Assembly: GCA_963701965.1 (NCBI GenBank) | Contig: OY969695.1 | Span: 384,001-448,000 of the forward strand | DNA: 64,000 nucleotides | Direction: 5' to 3' | Source: an uncultured Gemmatimonadales bacterium | GTDB lineage: Bacteria > Gemmatimonadota > Gemmatimonadetes > Gemmatimonadales > Gemmatimonadaceae | Part shown: piece after piece, positions 14,639 to 24,463 of the stretch | How positions within the stretch are numbered: position 1 is the first letter of the stretch | How the letters are laid out: every line of letters starts with the position of its first letter | Position numbers and translations under genes: made by a program | Notes under the pieces: model-generated | The model's input: only the letters and a program-made list of their open reading frames with translations | Database searches by the model: none | What the model was told of the DNA's origin: nothing

Positions 14639-15375
14639 GGGGGACTCACCATGACGAGAGACCCCGATCGATAGGCGCCCACCGCCGCGCCGGATCGCAC
14701 CAGCAACTCGCCTGAGGACGAGATCCCGGCCACCGTGCCGATCGCCGGCTCGCGACACGGCTGTCCGATCGCCAGATCACGCAACGCGTATTCCGCCAGC
14801 TCGTCGGCCGTCAGCGCCCCGCGGGCCAATGCGGCCTCGCGCAACCGCGGCACCACGGCGAGCAACACGTCCAACCGGTTGGTCCCGTCCGGCAACCCCG
14901 CGGCGCCATCGACGTCGGCCGGCACGCGAACGTTGATCCCGATGCCGATGGCCGCCCACGCCGGCCGCTCGTCGTGCCACCGGGCTTCCGTGAGGATCCC
15001 TACGAGCTTGCCCCCGGCCACGTGCAGATCGTTGGGCCACTTGATGCGCACGGTCTCGCCCGCGAACCCGTCCAGCACGCGGGCCAGTTGCAGACCGAGG
15101 CGCAACGACAAGACATCGAGCGCGGCGGCGTCGTCCGGCCGCTCGACCATCGTCAGCCACAATCCGGCGCCCGCCGACGACGACCACCGGCGCCCGGCGC
15201 GCCCCCGCCCCACCGTCTGCCGGTCGGCCACGATCAACGTGCCCGCGGGTGCCCCCGCCTCGGCCGCTGAATGCGCGGCGTCCATCGTCGAGCCGACGCT
15301 GTCGTACACGTCGACCCGTGGAAGCGCGAGCCGCGCTTCCAACTCTGCCGCCGTCATCCCCTCATACGTGACCAC
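14635..15375 (-). CDS. birA: Biotin--acetyl-CoA-carboxylase ligase (no HTH)
   Basis: VGSTMD, QTVGRGRAGRRW, IKWPNDL, KLVGILTE, GIGINV; start uncertain (GTG 15375 or ATG 15357). Confidence 0.9.
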   Translation of the reverse strand: MVTYEGMTAAELEARLALPRVDVYDSVGSTMDAAHSAAEAGAPAGTLIVADRQTVGRGRAGRRWSSSAGAGLWLTMVERPDDAAALDVLSLRLGLQLARVLDGFAGETVRIKWPNDLHVAGGKLVGILTEARWHDERPAWAAIGIGINVRVPADVDGAAGLPDGTNRLDVLLAVVPRLREAALARGALTADELAEYALRDLAIGQPCREPAIGTVAGISSSGELLVRSGAAVGAYRSGSLVMVSPP

Positions 15376-16171
15376 GCACCATCCAGAGCGCGATGACGGC
15401 CGCCGCGACCACGACGCGATAGGCGGCGAACGCGCCATAGCTGTGTGATCGCACATAGCGCAGGACGATCTCGATCGCGAACCAACTGCTCACCGCCGCG
15501 GTGACGACGCCCACCACCACGGGCGCCGAGATCCCGTTCCGCAGGACGTGCGGCAGTTCCAACAGGCCGGCGCCGGCAATGAGCGGCATGCTGCACAGAA
15601 AGCTGAACACCGCCGCCGCCTCGCGATCGAGCTTGAGCGCCCGCCCCGCGGTAATGGTCGAGCCGGAGCGGGACACCCCGGGCACGAGCGCCAGCACCTG
15701 GGCCAGGCCCACGACGAGGGCGTCGGTCCACCGCAGGTCATCGAGCGGCCGCACCACCGGCGCCGCCCTGTCCACGGCCCACAGCACGATGCCCATTACG
15801 CCTAACGCGCAACCAATGAGCAACGGAGACCGGAACGTGCTCTCCGCGGCGTGCGCCAGCAGCTTCCCCGCAATGGCCCCCGGGATCGTGGCGATCAGGA
15901 GGAACACCACGCGCCACTCTTCGGTGCCTTGCGGGCGCCCGCCGCGCCGCAGAATGCCCACTGCCGCGGCGATCAATCGCGCCCACTCGGCGCGGAAGTA
16001 CCACAGCACGGCCACCAAAGTCCCGATATGCAGCGCGACGTCGAACGCCAGCCCGGGATCTTCCCAGCCGAAGACCCACGGCACCAGGGTGAGATGGGCC
16101 GAACTGCTCACGGGAAGAAATTCGGCGAGGCCTTGCACCAATCCCAACACCAGGGCCTGAAAGACGGTCAT
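15362..16171 (-). CDS. uppP: Undecaprenyl-diphosphate phosphatase
   Basis: GLVQGLAEFLPVSSSAHL, FDVALHIGT, ALVPGVSRSGSTI; polytopic membrane protein. Confidence 0.95.
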   Translation of the reverse strand: MTVFQALVLGLVQGLAEFLPVSSSAHLTLVPWVFGWEDPGLAFDVALHIGTLVAVLWYFRAEWARLIAAAVGILRRGGRPQGTEEWRVVFLLIATIPGAIAGKLLAHAAESTFRSPLLIGCALGVMGIVLWAVDRAAPVVRPLDDLRWTDALVVGLAQVLALVPGVSRSGSTITAGRALKLDREAAAVFSFLCSMPLIAGAGLLELPHVLRNGISAPVVVGVVTAAVSSWFAIEIVLRYVRSHSYGAFAAYRVVVAAAVIALWMVRGHV

Positions 16172-16216
16172 GGCCGCATAACATAGCGGCGCTGGCCCCG
16201 AGCCGCGAGAGAGCGC

Positions 16217-17323
16217 TCACGCCCCCCGATACAACGCCTCGTAGCGGGCGACGATGTCCTCGAGCGCGAATCGCGCGCGCGCATCCGCCGTCGCGGCCGT
16301 ACTCACCGCCTGCCAACGATCGCGATCCCGCAGGACGCTGATCGCGGCGGCAGCCATCCCCTCCACGTCGCCCACGGGTAACAGAAACCCGGTCTCGCCA
16401 TCGCGCACGACCTCGCCCAGTCCACCCACCCGCGAGGCGACGACAGGCACGCCCGACGCCAGCGCCTCCAGCGCCGACAGACCGAACGACTCGGTTTCGC
16501 TCGGCAACAGAAAGACGTCGGCGCCCGCGAGGAGCGGGGCCACCGCTTCGAGCTTGCCGAGAAACGACACATCGTCCTCGACACCCAACGTCCGGGCCTC
16601 GTCCTGGGCATCGACCCGGTCGGGCCCATCGCCCACCATGATCAACACACTGGGCACCACCTGCCGCACGCGGGCGAAGATGCGAATGACGTCGCGCACC
16701 CGTTTGACCGGACGGAAGTTCGACACGTGCATCAGGACGCGGCGCCCGTTCACGATCGGCTCGTAGCGCGTGCGATCGTAGACCGTAGGATCGATGAAGT
16801 TGGGGATCACCACGACCTGGCACGCCGTGCAGCCGAACGCGTGGTAGGTCTCATCGCGCAGATACTGCGACACCGCGGTGAGCTGGTCGGACCGCTCGAT
16901 CGAGAACTTGGTGATGGCGTGGAAGGACGGGTCCTGCCCGACGATCGTAATGTCCGTGCCGTGCAGCGTGGTCACCAGGCGAATGTCGTTCCCCGTCTGC
17001 CGCAGCATCTCCCGCGCGATCCAGGCGCTCGTGGCGTGCGGAATAGCGTAATGGAGATGGAGCAGATCGAGGTTGTGCCGGAGCACGACTTCGTGCATCC
17101 GGACGGCGAGCGCCAGATCATACGGCGGGTACTCGAACAACGGATACCGCCCGACATCCACTTCGTGAAAGAAGATGCGGGGCTGGAACATCGGCAGCCG
17201 GAACGGCTGCTGGTAGGTGATGAAGTGCACCTCGTGGCCGCGGGCCGCGAGGGCGATCCCCAGCTCGGTGGCGACGGCGCCCGATCCGCCATAGGTCGGA
17301 TAGCACGTAATGCCGATCCTCAC
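16217..17323 (-). CDS. bshA: N-acetyl-alpha-D-glucosaminyl L-malate synthase (bacillithiol biosynthesis, GT4)
   Basis: IGITCYPTYGGSGAVATELG, HLHYAIPHA, TTLHGTDIT, HVSNFRPVKR, ESFGLSALEA. Confidence 0.93.
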   Translation of the reverse strand: MRIGITCYPTYGGSGAVATELGIALAARGHEVHFITYQQPFRLPMFQPRIFFHEVDVGRYPLFEYPPYDLALAVRMHEVVLRHNLDLLHLHYAIPHATSAWIAREMLRQTGNDIRLVTTLHGTDITIVGQDPSFHAITKFSIERSDQLTAVSQYLRDETYHAFGCTACQVVVIPNFIDPTVYDRTRYEPIVNGRRVLMHVSNFRPVKRVRDVIRIFARVRQVVPSVLIMVGDGPDRVDAQDEARTLGVEDDVSFLGKLEAVAPLLAGADVFLLPSETESFGLSALEALASGVPVVASRVGGLGEVVRDGETGFLLPVGDVEGMAAAAISVLRDRDRWQAVSTAATADARARFALEDIVARYEALYRGA

Positions 17324-18061
17324 GTCTCGCCTCCTTCGGCCAGCCCGCGGGCCACGTCCACGGCGTCGCCGGCGCGGGGATCGATCCGCGTCACGTGTTC
17401 GCCGATCTGGTGACGAAACCAGGTGCGTTGCCGCTTGGCGTACTGTCGCGTGGCGATCACCACGCGCTCGCGCGTCGCCGGGAGGCTCGCGCCGCCGCGC
17501 ACCAACGCGCGTACCGCTTCGTATCCGCTGGCCTGCCAGGCGGGAGCCTCAGGGGGAACCTCGCCATCCAACATTCCGCACCTCGTCCACCCATCCTCCC
17601 GTGAGCATCGTGTCGACGCGGTGCGCGATCCAGTCGCGCAGCACCGGTCCGGGATCCACGAGAAGATAGCGGGCGTCATACCGCGGCGTGGCGGGCTCCG
17701 GTGTCACGAGTGCGCGAAGATAGAACCCGGCCCCGCCAACAATCACCGGAATGCGTCCCTCCTGGCGGGCCTCGATGATGGCCGCCTCCGCGGCCGTCGA
17801 CCAGGCGAATGACGAAAACCGCTGCGTGGGGTCCACCAGGTCCACGCCCCGGTGCGGCACGGCGGCCCGCTCGCCCGCCGTCGGCTTCGCGGTGCCAATG
17901 TCGAATCGGCGATAGATCTGCCGCGAGTCGGCGCTCACGATGGTAATGGGCAGCGCCCCCGCCAGCCGCAACGCCAGCGCGGATTTTCCGGCGGCGGTCG
18001 GCCCGCACACCACGAGCAGCCGGGGCAGCCTACTGCCGGCCGAAGCGCCGCTCGAGTTCAT
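17320..18061 (-). CDS. miaA: tRNA dimethylallyltransferase, unusually short (~246 aa); apparent +1 frameshift near 17575
   Basis: CGPTAAGKS, SADSRQIYRRFDIGTAKP, VGGAGFYLRAL in one frame; GYE...TRQYAKRQRTWFRHQ in the next frame; mutL-miaA synteny. Start uncertain (overlaps the mutL 3' end). Confidence 0.88.
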
Positions 18062-19757
18062 CCCAGGAGAGGCGCACAATGGTGGCGCGGCCGTGCACAT
18101 CGTGGGCGGGCAGCGTGGTCTCGCGCAGCGACACGAACAAGGCGCGCATCTCGGCCGGTGACAAAGCGTCGCCGGCCTTCACCGCGGCCTTGCACGCGAC
18201 CGTGGCCGCCAGACGCTCGTGGCGCGCCGCCGTGCCCGGCAGGCGGTCACCCGTCAGCGCATCCAGCGTGTCGCGGAGGCAGCGCTCGGCGTCGAAGCGC
18301 GGATGCGGCATCGGCACGCTGCGGACCAGCAACGTATGGCCGCCGAAGCCCTCGATCTCGAAACCGAGTCCTTCCAGCAACTCGCGGTGCGCCTCAAATG
18401 CATCGCCCTCGGCCGGTCCCAAGTGCATCGTGAGGGGAAACAGCAGCCGTTGCCCCGCCGGCCGCCCCTCGGTCAGCGCGCGCATGAACTGTTCGTACAG
18501 CACCCGCTCGTGCGCCGAATGCTGGTCGATGAGCACGACGCCCTCGTCCTGCTCGAACAGGAGATACGTGCGCCGGAGCTGCACCAACGGCGGAACGGCA
18601 TCGAAGGTCTCCGCGTTTCGCGCGTCGACTCCCTGCGGGGCAGATTGCTCCGCGGGGGTACCCGAGAACAGTCCGCCGGCTGGCGCGGGACGAAGCACCG
18701 CGCGCTCGTCGAGCGGCGCGGGCGCCGACGAGAGATGCGTCGTGGTCCACGGCCCGGCCACGGCCGAGCTTTCCAGTGTACCGAGCGCGCGCCGCACGGC
18801 GGCTTCGACGGCCCGCTCGATGGCCCAGCGGTCCCGAAACCGCACTTCGGCCTTGGCCGGATGGACGTTGACGTCGACGACGTCCGCGCTCACCGTGATG
18901 TCGAGCAGAACCGACGGCCGCACGCCGGCGGGAATGGTCGACCGGTAGGCCGCCTCGGCGGCGCGCACCAGCCCGGCATCGCGGATCGCCCGTCCATTGA
19001 CGATGAGAAAGACGCGGCGCGTCCGCGTCCCCACATCGCGCGGCCGCTCGACCAGACCGCCCACGTAGACGGCGCCGCTGACATCGTCGACCTCGACGAG
19101 CGCGTCCGCATACGCGCCTCCCCAGATCGCGCCCACACGCGCCCGCAGCGTGGACGCGGGCGGCAAGGTCATGGCCCGGGCGCCATCGTGGTCCAACGCG
19201 ACATGCACGTGCCGCTGCGCCAGAGCCAACGCCGTGACGGCGTCGGCCACGGCGCGCCATTCCGACCGCCCGCTGCGCAAGAACTTGAGCCGGGCCGGCA
19301 CGTTGTGGAACAAGCGGTCGACGGTGACCGTCGTGCCGCGCCGGCGGGCCTGCTCCGCGACCTCGGTTATCGCGCCGCCGACCACGCGGACGACCGTGCC
19401 CTCGCCATCCGCCGGTGCCGTCTCCATCGTCAGCGCCGACACGGATCCAATCGACGGCAGGGCTTCGCCGCGAAATCCCAAGGTGGCGATACCGACGAGA
19501 TCACTCGCCGCGCGAATCTTGGACGTCGCGTGGCGTTCGAGCGCCAACAACGCATCCTCGCGCCCCATGCCGCAGCCATCATCGCTGACCCGGATCCCGG
19601 CGCGCCCGCCGTCGGCCACGGCGATCTCGATCGCCGTGGCGCCGGCGTCGACGGCGTTCTCGACCAGTTCCTTGACCGCCGAAGCGGGTCGTTCCACGAC
19701 TTCGCCGGCCGCGATCTGGTCCGCCAGGGCGCTCGGCAAAATCGCGATCGTGGGCAC
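18030..19757 (-). CDS. mutL: DNA mismatch repair endonuclease MutL
   Basis: GTG start; QIAAGEVVERPASAVKELVENA, HATSKI, LGFRGEAL, DVNVHPAKAEVRF, DQHSAHERVLYE, ACKAAVK, HGR. Confidence 0.96.
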   Translation of the reverse strand: MPTIAILPSALADQIAAGEVVERPASAVKELVENAVDAGATAIEIAVADGGRAGIRVSDDGCGMGREDALLALERHATSKIRAASDLVGIATLGFRGEALPSIGSVSALTMETAPADGEGTVVRVVGGAITEVAEQARRRGTTVTVDRLFHNVPARLKFLRSGRSEWRAVADAVTALALAQRHVHVALDHDGARAMTLPPASTLRARVGAIWGGAYADALVEVDDVSGAVYVGGLVERPRDVGTRTRRVFLIVNGRAIRDAGLVRAAEAAYRSTIPAGVRPSVLLDITVSADVVDVNVHPAKAEVRFRDRWAIERAVEAAVRRALGTLESSAVAGPWTTTHLSSAPAPLDERAVLRPAPAGGLFSGTPAEQSAPQGVDARNAETFDAVPPLVQLRRTYLLFEQDEGVVLIDQHSAHERVLYEQFMRALTEGRPAGQRLLFPLTMHLGPAEGDAFEAHRELLEGLGFEIEGFGGHTLLVRSVPMPHPRFDAERCLRDTLDALTGDRLPGTAARHERLAATVACKAAVKAGDALSPAEMRALFVSLRETTLPAHDVHGRATIVRLSWDELERRFGRQ

Positions 19758-19765
19758 GAGGTAAA

Positions 19766-21811
19766 CTAGTCGCCGATGGGCGTCACCCGCTCCACCTCGA
19801 TCCACCCATCCCGATCGCCGTCGAGACGCACGCGCAGCCACGCGCCCTCGCGTTCCTCGACGCGTCCGATGTCGCCCGCGTCGAGCGCCGCGACCCGCTC
19901 GGCGCCCAGCGCCGGCGACGCATAGAGACCGGTGCCCGATCCCAGGACCACGAGATGGCGCGCCGCGGCCGTCTCCGCGACCCACACCGCGGCCAGCGCG
20001 CTCACGAGCGCCAGGCCGCCGAGCGCGATGGCGAACGGGCGGCGCCGCGGCCCGCCCACGACCGGAATGAGCCAGGCGACGATCCAGCACCCCAGTGCGA
20101 TCGACGCCACGATCTCCGCGCCGACGCGCGGCGGGGCCGCAATCGGGCCTTCTTGCGCCGCCCGCACCAGCGCCAGTCGCTCGCGCACGTCGGTGGCCAG
20201 CGCTTCCAGGCGCGCCGCGTGCTGCCAACCCACGACCGCGTCCGTCGTATCCGCCGCCGCCCAGGCCGCCGTGCCGGCGTTGGCCCAGGCGTCCGCGGCG
20301 CGCGGCTCCAGGTGTGCCGCGGCGGCGAACTCCAAGGCCGCCCGCCGATAGTCGTGCCGCGTGTACGCCGACAGGCCCTGGCGGAATTGCGCCGTTGCCT
20401 GCTCGGACAAGTCCGCGGCCAGGACCACCGCGGTGCTGCCCACGACCGCCAGCGCGCAGAGCAGGAGGATTGGCACGATGCGCGTGCGCGCCTCGCGCGC
20501 CACGCTCAGGAACGCCGCGTAAGCCTGCCGCCCGATGTCCGCCGGAAGCGACGCGCCCGGGCCGTAGGCCGTGCGGTCGAGCATCGCCAGCAATCCCTCG
20601 ACGCGTTGGCCCGAGGCGCCAGTCACCCCTTCCCGCCGCAGCACGCGGGCGAGTCCCCCGCGCTCGGTGAGCGCCGCCGGCGGTAGCGCGAATCGTTCGG
20701 CGAGCGCCGCCACATACGCGCGCCGCAGCGCCGACGGGTCGACGGCAGCATCGCGCGAGATCGACCGGAGCCGTGTGGCGGCGGACACAGCGCGCCGGCG
20801 CCGCCGCCGCGCGCGCCGGACGGCGCCCAGCGCCAGCGCCGGCACGGGCACGATGAGCGCCGCGGCGAAGAACACGGGGCGGGAGTAGATCGGCGGCGGG
20901 AGATTGCCCCGGAACGTCGTCCGCACGGTCAACGGCGGCCCCGCGTCGGCCCGCACGGTGTCGAGCGGCGCCAGCGAGCCCGCGCCAACGCGCAGCGTGT
21001 CCGCGCGCGTCACCGCGATCTCGTAGCGCTCGGTGTATGGATTGAAGTACGGGTAGCCCACGGGCGGCAGGACGAGCACGCCCGTATCGCGCGGCGTCAC
21101 GACCCAGTCGAACTCCTTGGTCCCGCGGACCTGCGCGGTGGACGTGTCCACCCGCACGCGCTCCTCGGCGCTCACCGCCGAGCCCCACGGGAGGGTGAGC
21201 GCCGGCCGTGGCAGCAGCTTGATGTTGCCCCGTCCCGCCACCGCCACCGTGAGCAAGACCGGGTCGCCCGCCCGCACCAGATGGCCGTCGAGATGCTCGG
21301 CGATGCTCAGCTCCCCCACGGCTCCCGAGTAATTCGCCGGTCGGCCCGCCGCGGGCGGCGCCAGGGCCACCACAGCCAGACTCTCCGCCGCCAGCGTGTG
21401 ATTCTCCTCCCGGCTGAAGAAGCTGAGCGAGAGCGGCAGCGCGTATGTGAGCGACGCCGCCGGGATCACGTAGTGTCCCGGCTCCAACGGGAACAGGGCC
21501 CGCTCGAAGACGTGCACCTCGTACTCGTGATCCCCCACGCGGCGGGCGCCCGGCGCCGTCATGCCGGCGGGAATCTCGTACGCCAACATCGCCCGCGGCT
21601 CCGGAGGGACGAACTCCGGGTTGCGTCGCAAGCGGAGCCGCAGTTGGTCGTCGAGAAAGACACCGACCTCGTACGTCACCTGCTGCCCGACATACACCGT
21701 GTCGGGCACGACCATCGCGTGGAAATTGACGGGCTGCGCCGTATCGATTGGAGCGCGCGCGATGATCGCCAATTGCGCGAACGGCATCAGGACCGCGGTG
21801 AGCGCCGGCAC
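19766..21811 (-). CDS. BatD-family protein with C-terminal TPR and SH3-like (BatE-like) region
   Basis: DTVYVGQQVTY, ALFPLEPG, RPANYSGAVGEL, YFNPYTERY; TM; TPR-like segment (QGLSAY...AWANAG); SH3b-like end (WLRVRLDGDRDGWIE). Start approximate. Confidence 0.75.
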   Translation of the reverse strand: MPALTAVLMPFAQLAIIARAPIDTAQPVNFHAMVVPDTVYVGQQVTYEVGVFLDDQLRLRLRRNPEFVPPEPRAMLAYEIPAGMTAPGARRVGDHEYEVHVFERALFPLEPGHYVIPAASLTYALPLSLSFFSREENHTLAAESLAVVALAPPAAGRPANYSGAVGELSIAEHLDGHLVRAGDPVLLTVAVAGRGNIKLLPRPALTLPWGSAVSAEERVRVDTSTAQVRGTKEFDWVVTPRDTGVLVLPPVGYPYFNPYTERYEIAVTRADTLRVGAGSLAPLDTVRADAGPPLTVRTTFRGNLPPPIYSRPVFFAAALIVPVPALALGAVRRARRRRRRAVSAATRLRSISRDAAVDPSALRRAYVAALAERFALPPAALTERGGLARVLRREGVTGASGQRVEGLLAMLDRTAYGPGASLPADIGRQAYAAFLSVAREARTRIVPILLLCALAVVGSTAVVLAADLSEQATAQFRQGLSAYTRHDYRRAALEFAAAAHLEPRAADAWANAGTAAWAAADTTDAVVGWQHAARLEALATDVRERLALVRAAQEGPIAAPPRVGAEIVASIALGCWIVAWLIPVVGGPRRRPFAIALGGLALVSALAAVWVAETAAARHLVVLGSGTGLYASPALGAERVAALDAGDIGRVEEREGAWLRVRLDGDRDGWIEVERVTPIGD

Positions 21812-21812
21812 G

Positions 21813-23459
21813 TCACCAATCCTTGCCGACGGGCGGCACGTCGACCGGCGCGTCGTGTTGGCGTTTCCCCTCGACGTCGCGCTCTTCCCGCGCCGCGCTC
21901 TTGAGGATCTCCTCGGCTTGCCGCCGCCCCAGCTGTCCCTCGGGTTGGTCGGTCGGACCCGGCTGCGGACGCGGACTGCCGGGCTTGGGCGCCGGCGCGG
22001 CGCTGTTGTTGCTGCTACCGCCCCCGCCACCGCCGCCCGACTGGCGCGCCGCCAGCGCCAGCTCGTAGTTCCATTTCGCGTCGCCGTCCGCGGACCGCAT
22101 GAGGAGGACGCGCTTGTACGCGGCCAGCGCCATGTCCAGTTCCGAACGACCGGCATCGCCCGGCGCCGCCAACCCGCGTTTGAGGTGCGCGAGCCCGATG
22201 TTGAACAACGACCGGTAGCGGACCTCTTGGTCGCGATCGCTGGCCACGAGCGACAGCGCCGAGACCGCGGCGTCGGAGGAATCCGCCGCCAGCAACGCCG
22301 TCCCGTAGTTGTACATGGTGCGCGGCGACCGGTCGCCCTTCTGCATCTGCTGGCGATACACATCGGGCACCGGCGTGCTGTCCGGCCGCGGCGCTTGCAG
22401 GAAGACAACGAACGCGGCAGCCGTGGCCGCGCGCCGCGCGCGTCCCCGCCGTCCGATCCGGTCGCTCAGCATTGTGTCGAGCAGCAGCAGAAGCAGTGCC
22501 GGCGCAAGAAAGAGCTGAAATCGTGGCGACAGCGACTGGCCGCGCTCGAGCGAGCGTTCCTGGACCCGCAGCCGGTTGAGTGCGTTCCGAACCTTGGCCG
22601 CCTTGTCGGTCTCTCCCGCCGCCACGAAGGTGCCATGCGCCGCGTCGGCGACGAGCTGCAGCATCTGCGGCGTATAGTGCGTCACGACGACGTCGCCGTT
22701 CATGTCCCGTTTGACCATCGTCGTATCTCCGGAGGGCGACGGAATCGTCGCCCCCGCCGCGGTGCCAAAGCCCACGGTCACGACGCTGATACCATTTTCC
22801 GCGGCGGCCGCCGCCGCGGCGCGCACATCGGCCTCGTCATCGAACCCTTCCCCGTCGCTCATGAGGACCAGCGCCCGGTCGCTCCCCGTCTTGGTCGCCA
22901 GCAGCAGATCCGTTCCCTGCCGGATGGCGCGGGCCAGCGCCGTCCCCGGCTGGCCGACGACCGAGGGGTCCAGATTCTCCAGGAAAAGGTCCAGGGCACC
23001 ATCATCGACCGTGAGGGGCGTGAGGACGTAACTGCGTCCCGCGAACGCGATCAGCGCCGTCCGGTCCCCGGGGGACAAGTCGCGGAGTCGTCGCACCTCT
23101 TCTTTCATGCGGGCGAGACGGCTCGGATGCTCATCGCGCGCCAACATGGAGAGCGACGCGTCGAGCGCCAAGACCACATCGATGCCGGCGCCGTGTTCCA
23201 GCCGTTGCTCTTCACCCCACCGCGGACCGGCCAACGCCAGTCCCGCGCACAGCGCGGCGCCCCCTAGCAACACCCCCCGCACCCGCGGGTCCGTGGGCGA
23301 CGGCACCAGCCGCGCCAGCATTTCCGGCCGCCCCAGCCGGCCCAGGCGCGACTGGCGGCGCGATTGGCGTAGGGCGAGCAATGCCACGGCGATCAGCGGC
23401 CCGAGGGCGGCTGCCAGGAGCAACAGGGGCTGGTCGAAGATCCCGAGGAGAGTGCTCAC
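21813..23459 (-). CDS. BatB-like vWA protein fused to a BatC-like TPR tail
   Basis: ALAGPRWG, MIDAS DASLSM, FAG...PLTVD, GTALARAI, MSDGEG, VGFGT; TPR (YNYGTAL, FNIGLAH, DAKWNYELA); C-terminal KDW. Confidence 0.8.
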   Translation of the reverse strand: MSTLLGIFDQPLLLLAAALGPLIAVALLALRQSRRQSRLGRLGRPEMLARLVPSPTDPRVRGVLLGGAALCAGLALAGPRWGEEQRLEHGAGIDVVLALDASLSMLARDEHPSRLARMKEEVRRLRDLSPGDRTALIAFAGRSYVLTPLTVDDGALDLFLENLDPSVVGQPGTALARAIRQGTDLLLATKTGSDRALVLMSDGEGFDDEADVRAAAAAAAENGISVVTVGFGTAAGATIPSPSGDTTMVKRDMNGDVVVTHYTPQMLQLVADAAHGTFVAAGETDKAAKVRNALNRLRVQERSLERGQSLSPRFQLFLAPALLLLLLDTMLSDRIGRRGRARRAATAAAFVVFLQAPRPDSTPVPDVYRQQMQKGDRSPRTMYNYGTALLAADSSDAAVSALSLVASDRDQEVRYRSLFNIGLAHLKRGLAAPGDAGRSELDMALAAYKRVLLMRSADGDAKWNYELALAARQSGGGGGGGSSNNSAAPAPKPGSPRPQPGPTDQPEGQLGRRQAEEILKSAAREERDVEGKRQHDAPVDVPPVGKDW

Positions 23460-24463
23460 GGGAGAGGCCCTTTCCACGCGAAGAGCGCCAACTCGAACCC
23501 CAGGGCCAGAAGCGCCGCCGAGAGCGGCCACCGGAAGAGCTCATGGTAGTGCATGAACGACTGCGTCCGGACCGGCACGCGCTCGAGCTGGTCGATCTGT
23601 TGATAGATGCGCTGCAGCGCGTCCGCATCGCGCGCGCGAAAGAACCGGCCGTTGGTCGTCCGCGCGATGTCGTTCAGGAGATCATAGTCGATATGGACCG
23701 GCCGATTCTCGAAGCGCAGGCCGAAGAGCCCCCGCCCGACCGGGACCGGCGCCATGCCGTCCGTCCCAATGCCGATCGTGTAGATCTTGATCCGGAACGC
23801 CGCCGCGGCTTGGGCCGCTGTGCGCGGGTCGATCGAGCCCCGGTTGTTGTCCCCGTCGGTCAACAACACCATCACGCGCGACCGCCCGGGCGCCACCCGC
23901 AGGCGGTTCGCCGCGGTGGCGATGGCCGTCCCGATGGCCGTGCCATCGTCCAACTCGCCCGCCTGGAGATTGCCGACCGCGGCGTCGACGACGGGGTAGT
24001 CGAGTGTCAGCGGCACTTGAGTGAGCGCCTCGCCGGCGAAGGCGACGACGCCGATGCGATCGGACGTCCGGGCCGCGATGAACTTGCGCATCGTCTCCTT
24101 CGCCACTTCCAGCCGGTTCTGCGGCTGGAAATCGAGCGCCAGCATGGAACTCGAGAGGTCGACGACCAGCACGATGTTGATGCCTTCGCTGGTGATCATC
24201 TCGGCCCGCGCCCCGGTGCGCGGCCGGGCGAGTGCCACGATGCAGGCGGCCAACGCAATGTTGCGGAGGATGACGATGGTCCGGGCCACGCCGGACCCGA
24301 TCCGGGGACCCGCGGCCAACGTCCCCACGCGGGAGAACGTGACCGCCGCCGGGCGTCGCCCGCGGCGGGCGAGCCACCACAGGGGAAGCGCCAGGAGCAG
24401 CAGGAGCACCCAGGGCTGCCCGAAGGCCACGCCCGGGAATCCGCCAGCGAATCCGGGGATCAT
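23456..24463 (-). CDS. BatA-like vWA domain protein
   Basis: ALARP, MIDAS DLSSSM, NRLEVAK, PLTLDY, GTAIGTA, LLTDGDNN, KIYTIGIG. Confidence 0.88.
   Translation of the reverse strand: MIPGFAGGFPGVAFGQPWVLLLLLALPLWWLARRGRRPAAVTFSRVGTLAAGPRIGSGVARTIVILRNIALAACIVALARPRTGARAEMITSEGINIVLVVDLSSSMLALDFQPQNRLEVAKETMRKFIAARTSDRIGVVAFAGEALTQVPLTLDYPVVDAAVGNLQAGELDDGTAIGTAIATAANRLRVAPGRSRVMVLLTDGDNNRGSIDPRTAAQAAAAFRIKIYTIGIGTDGMAPVPVGRGLFGLRFENRPVHIDYDLLNDIARTTNGRFFRARDADALQRIYQQIDQLERVPVRTQSFMHYHELFRWPLSAALLALGFELALFAWKGPLP

Noticed and set aside
18030..21188. 1052-aa MutL with a long N-terminal extension
   Set aside because: The extension is an alternative frame of the BatD-like gene; MutL homology begins at GTG 19757.
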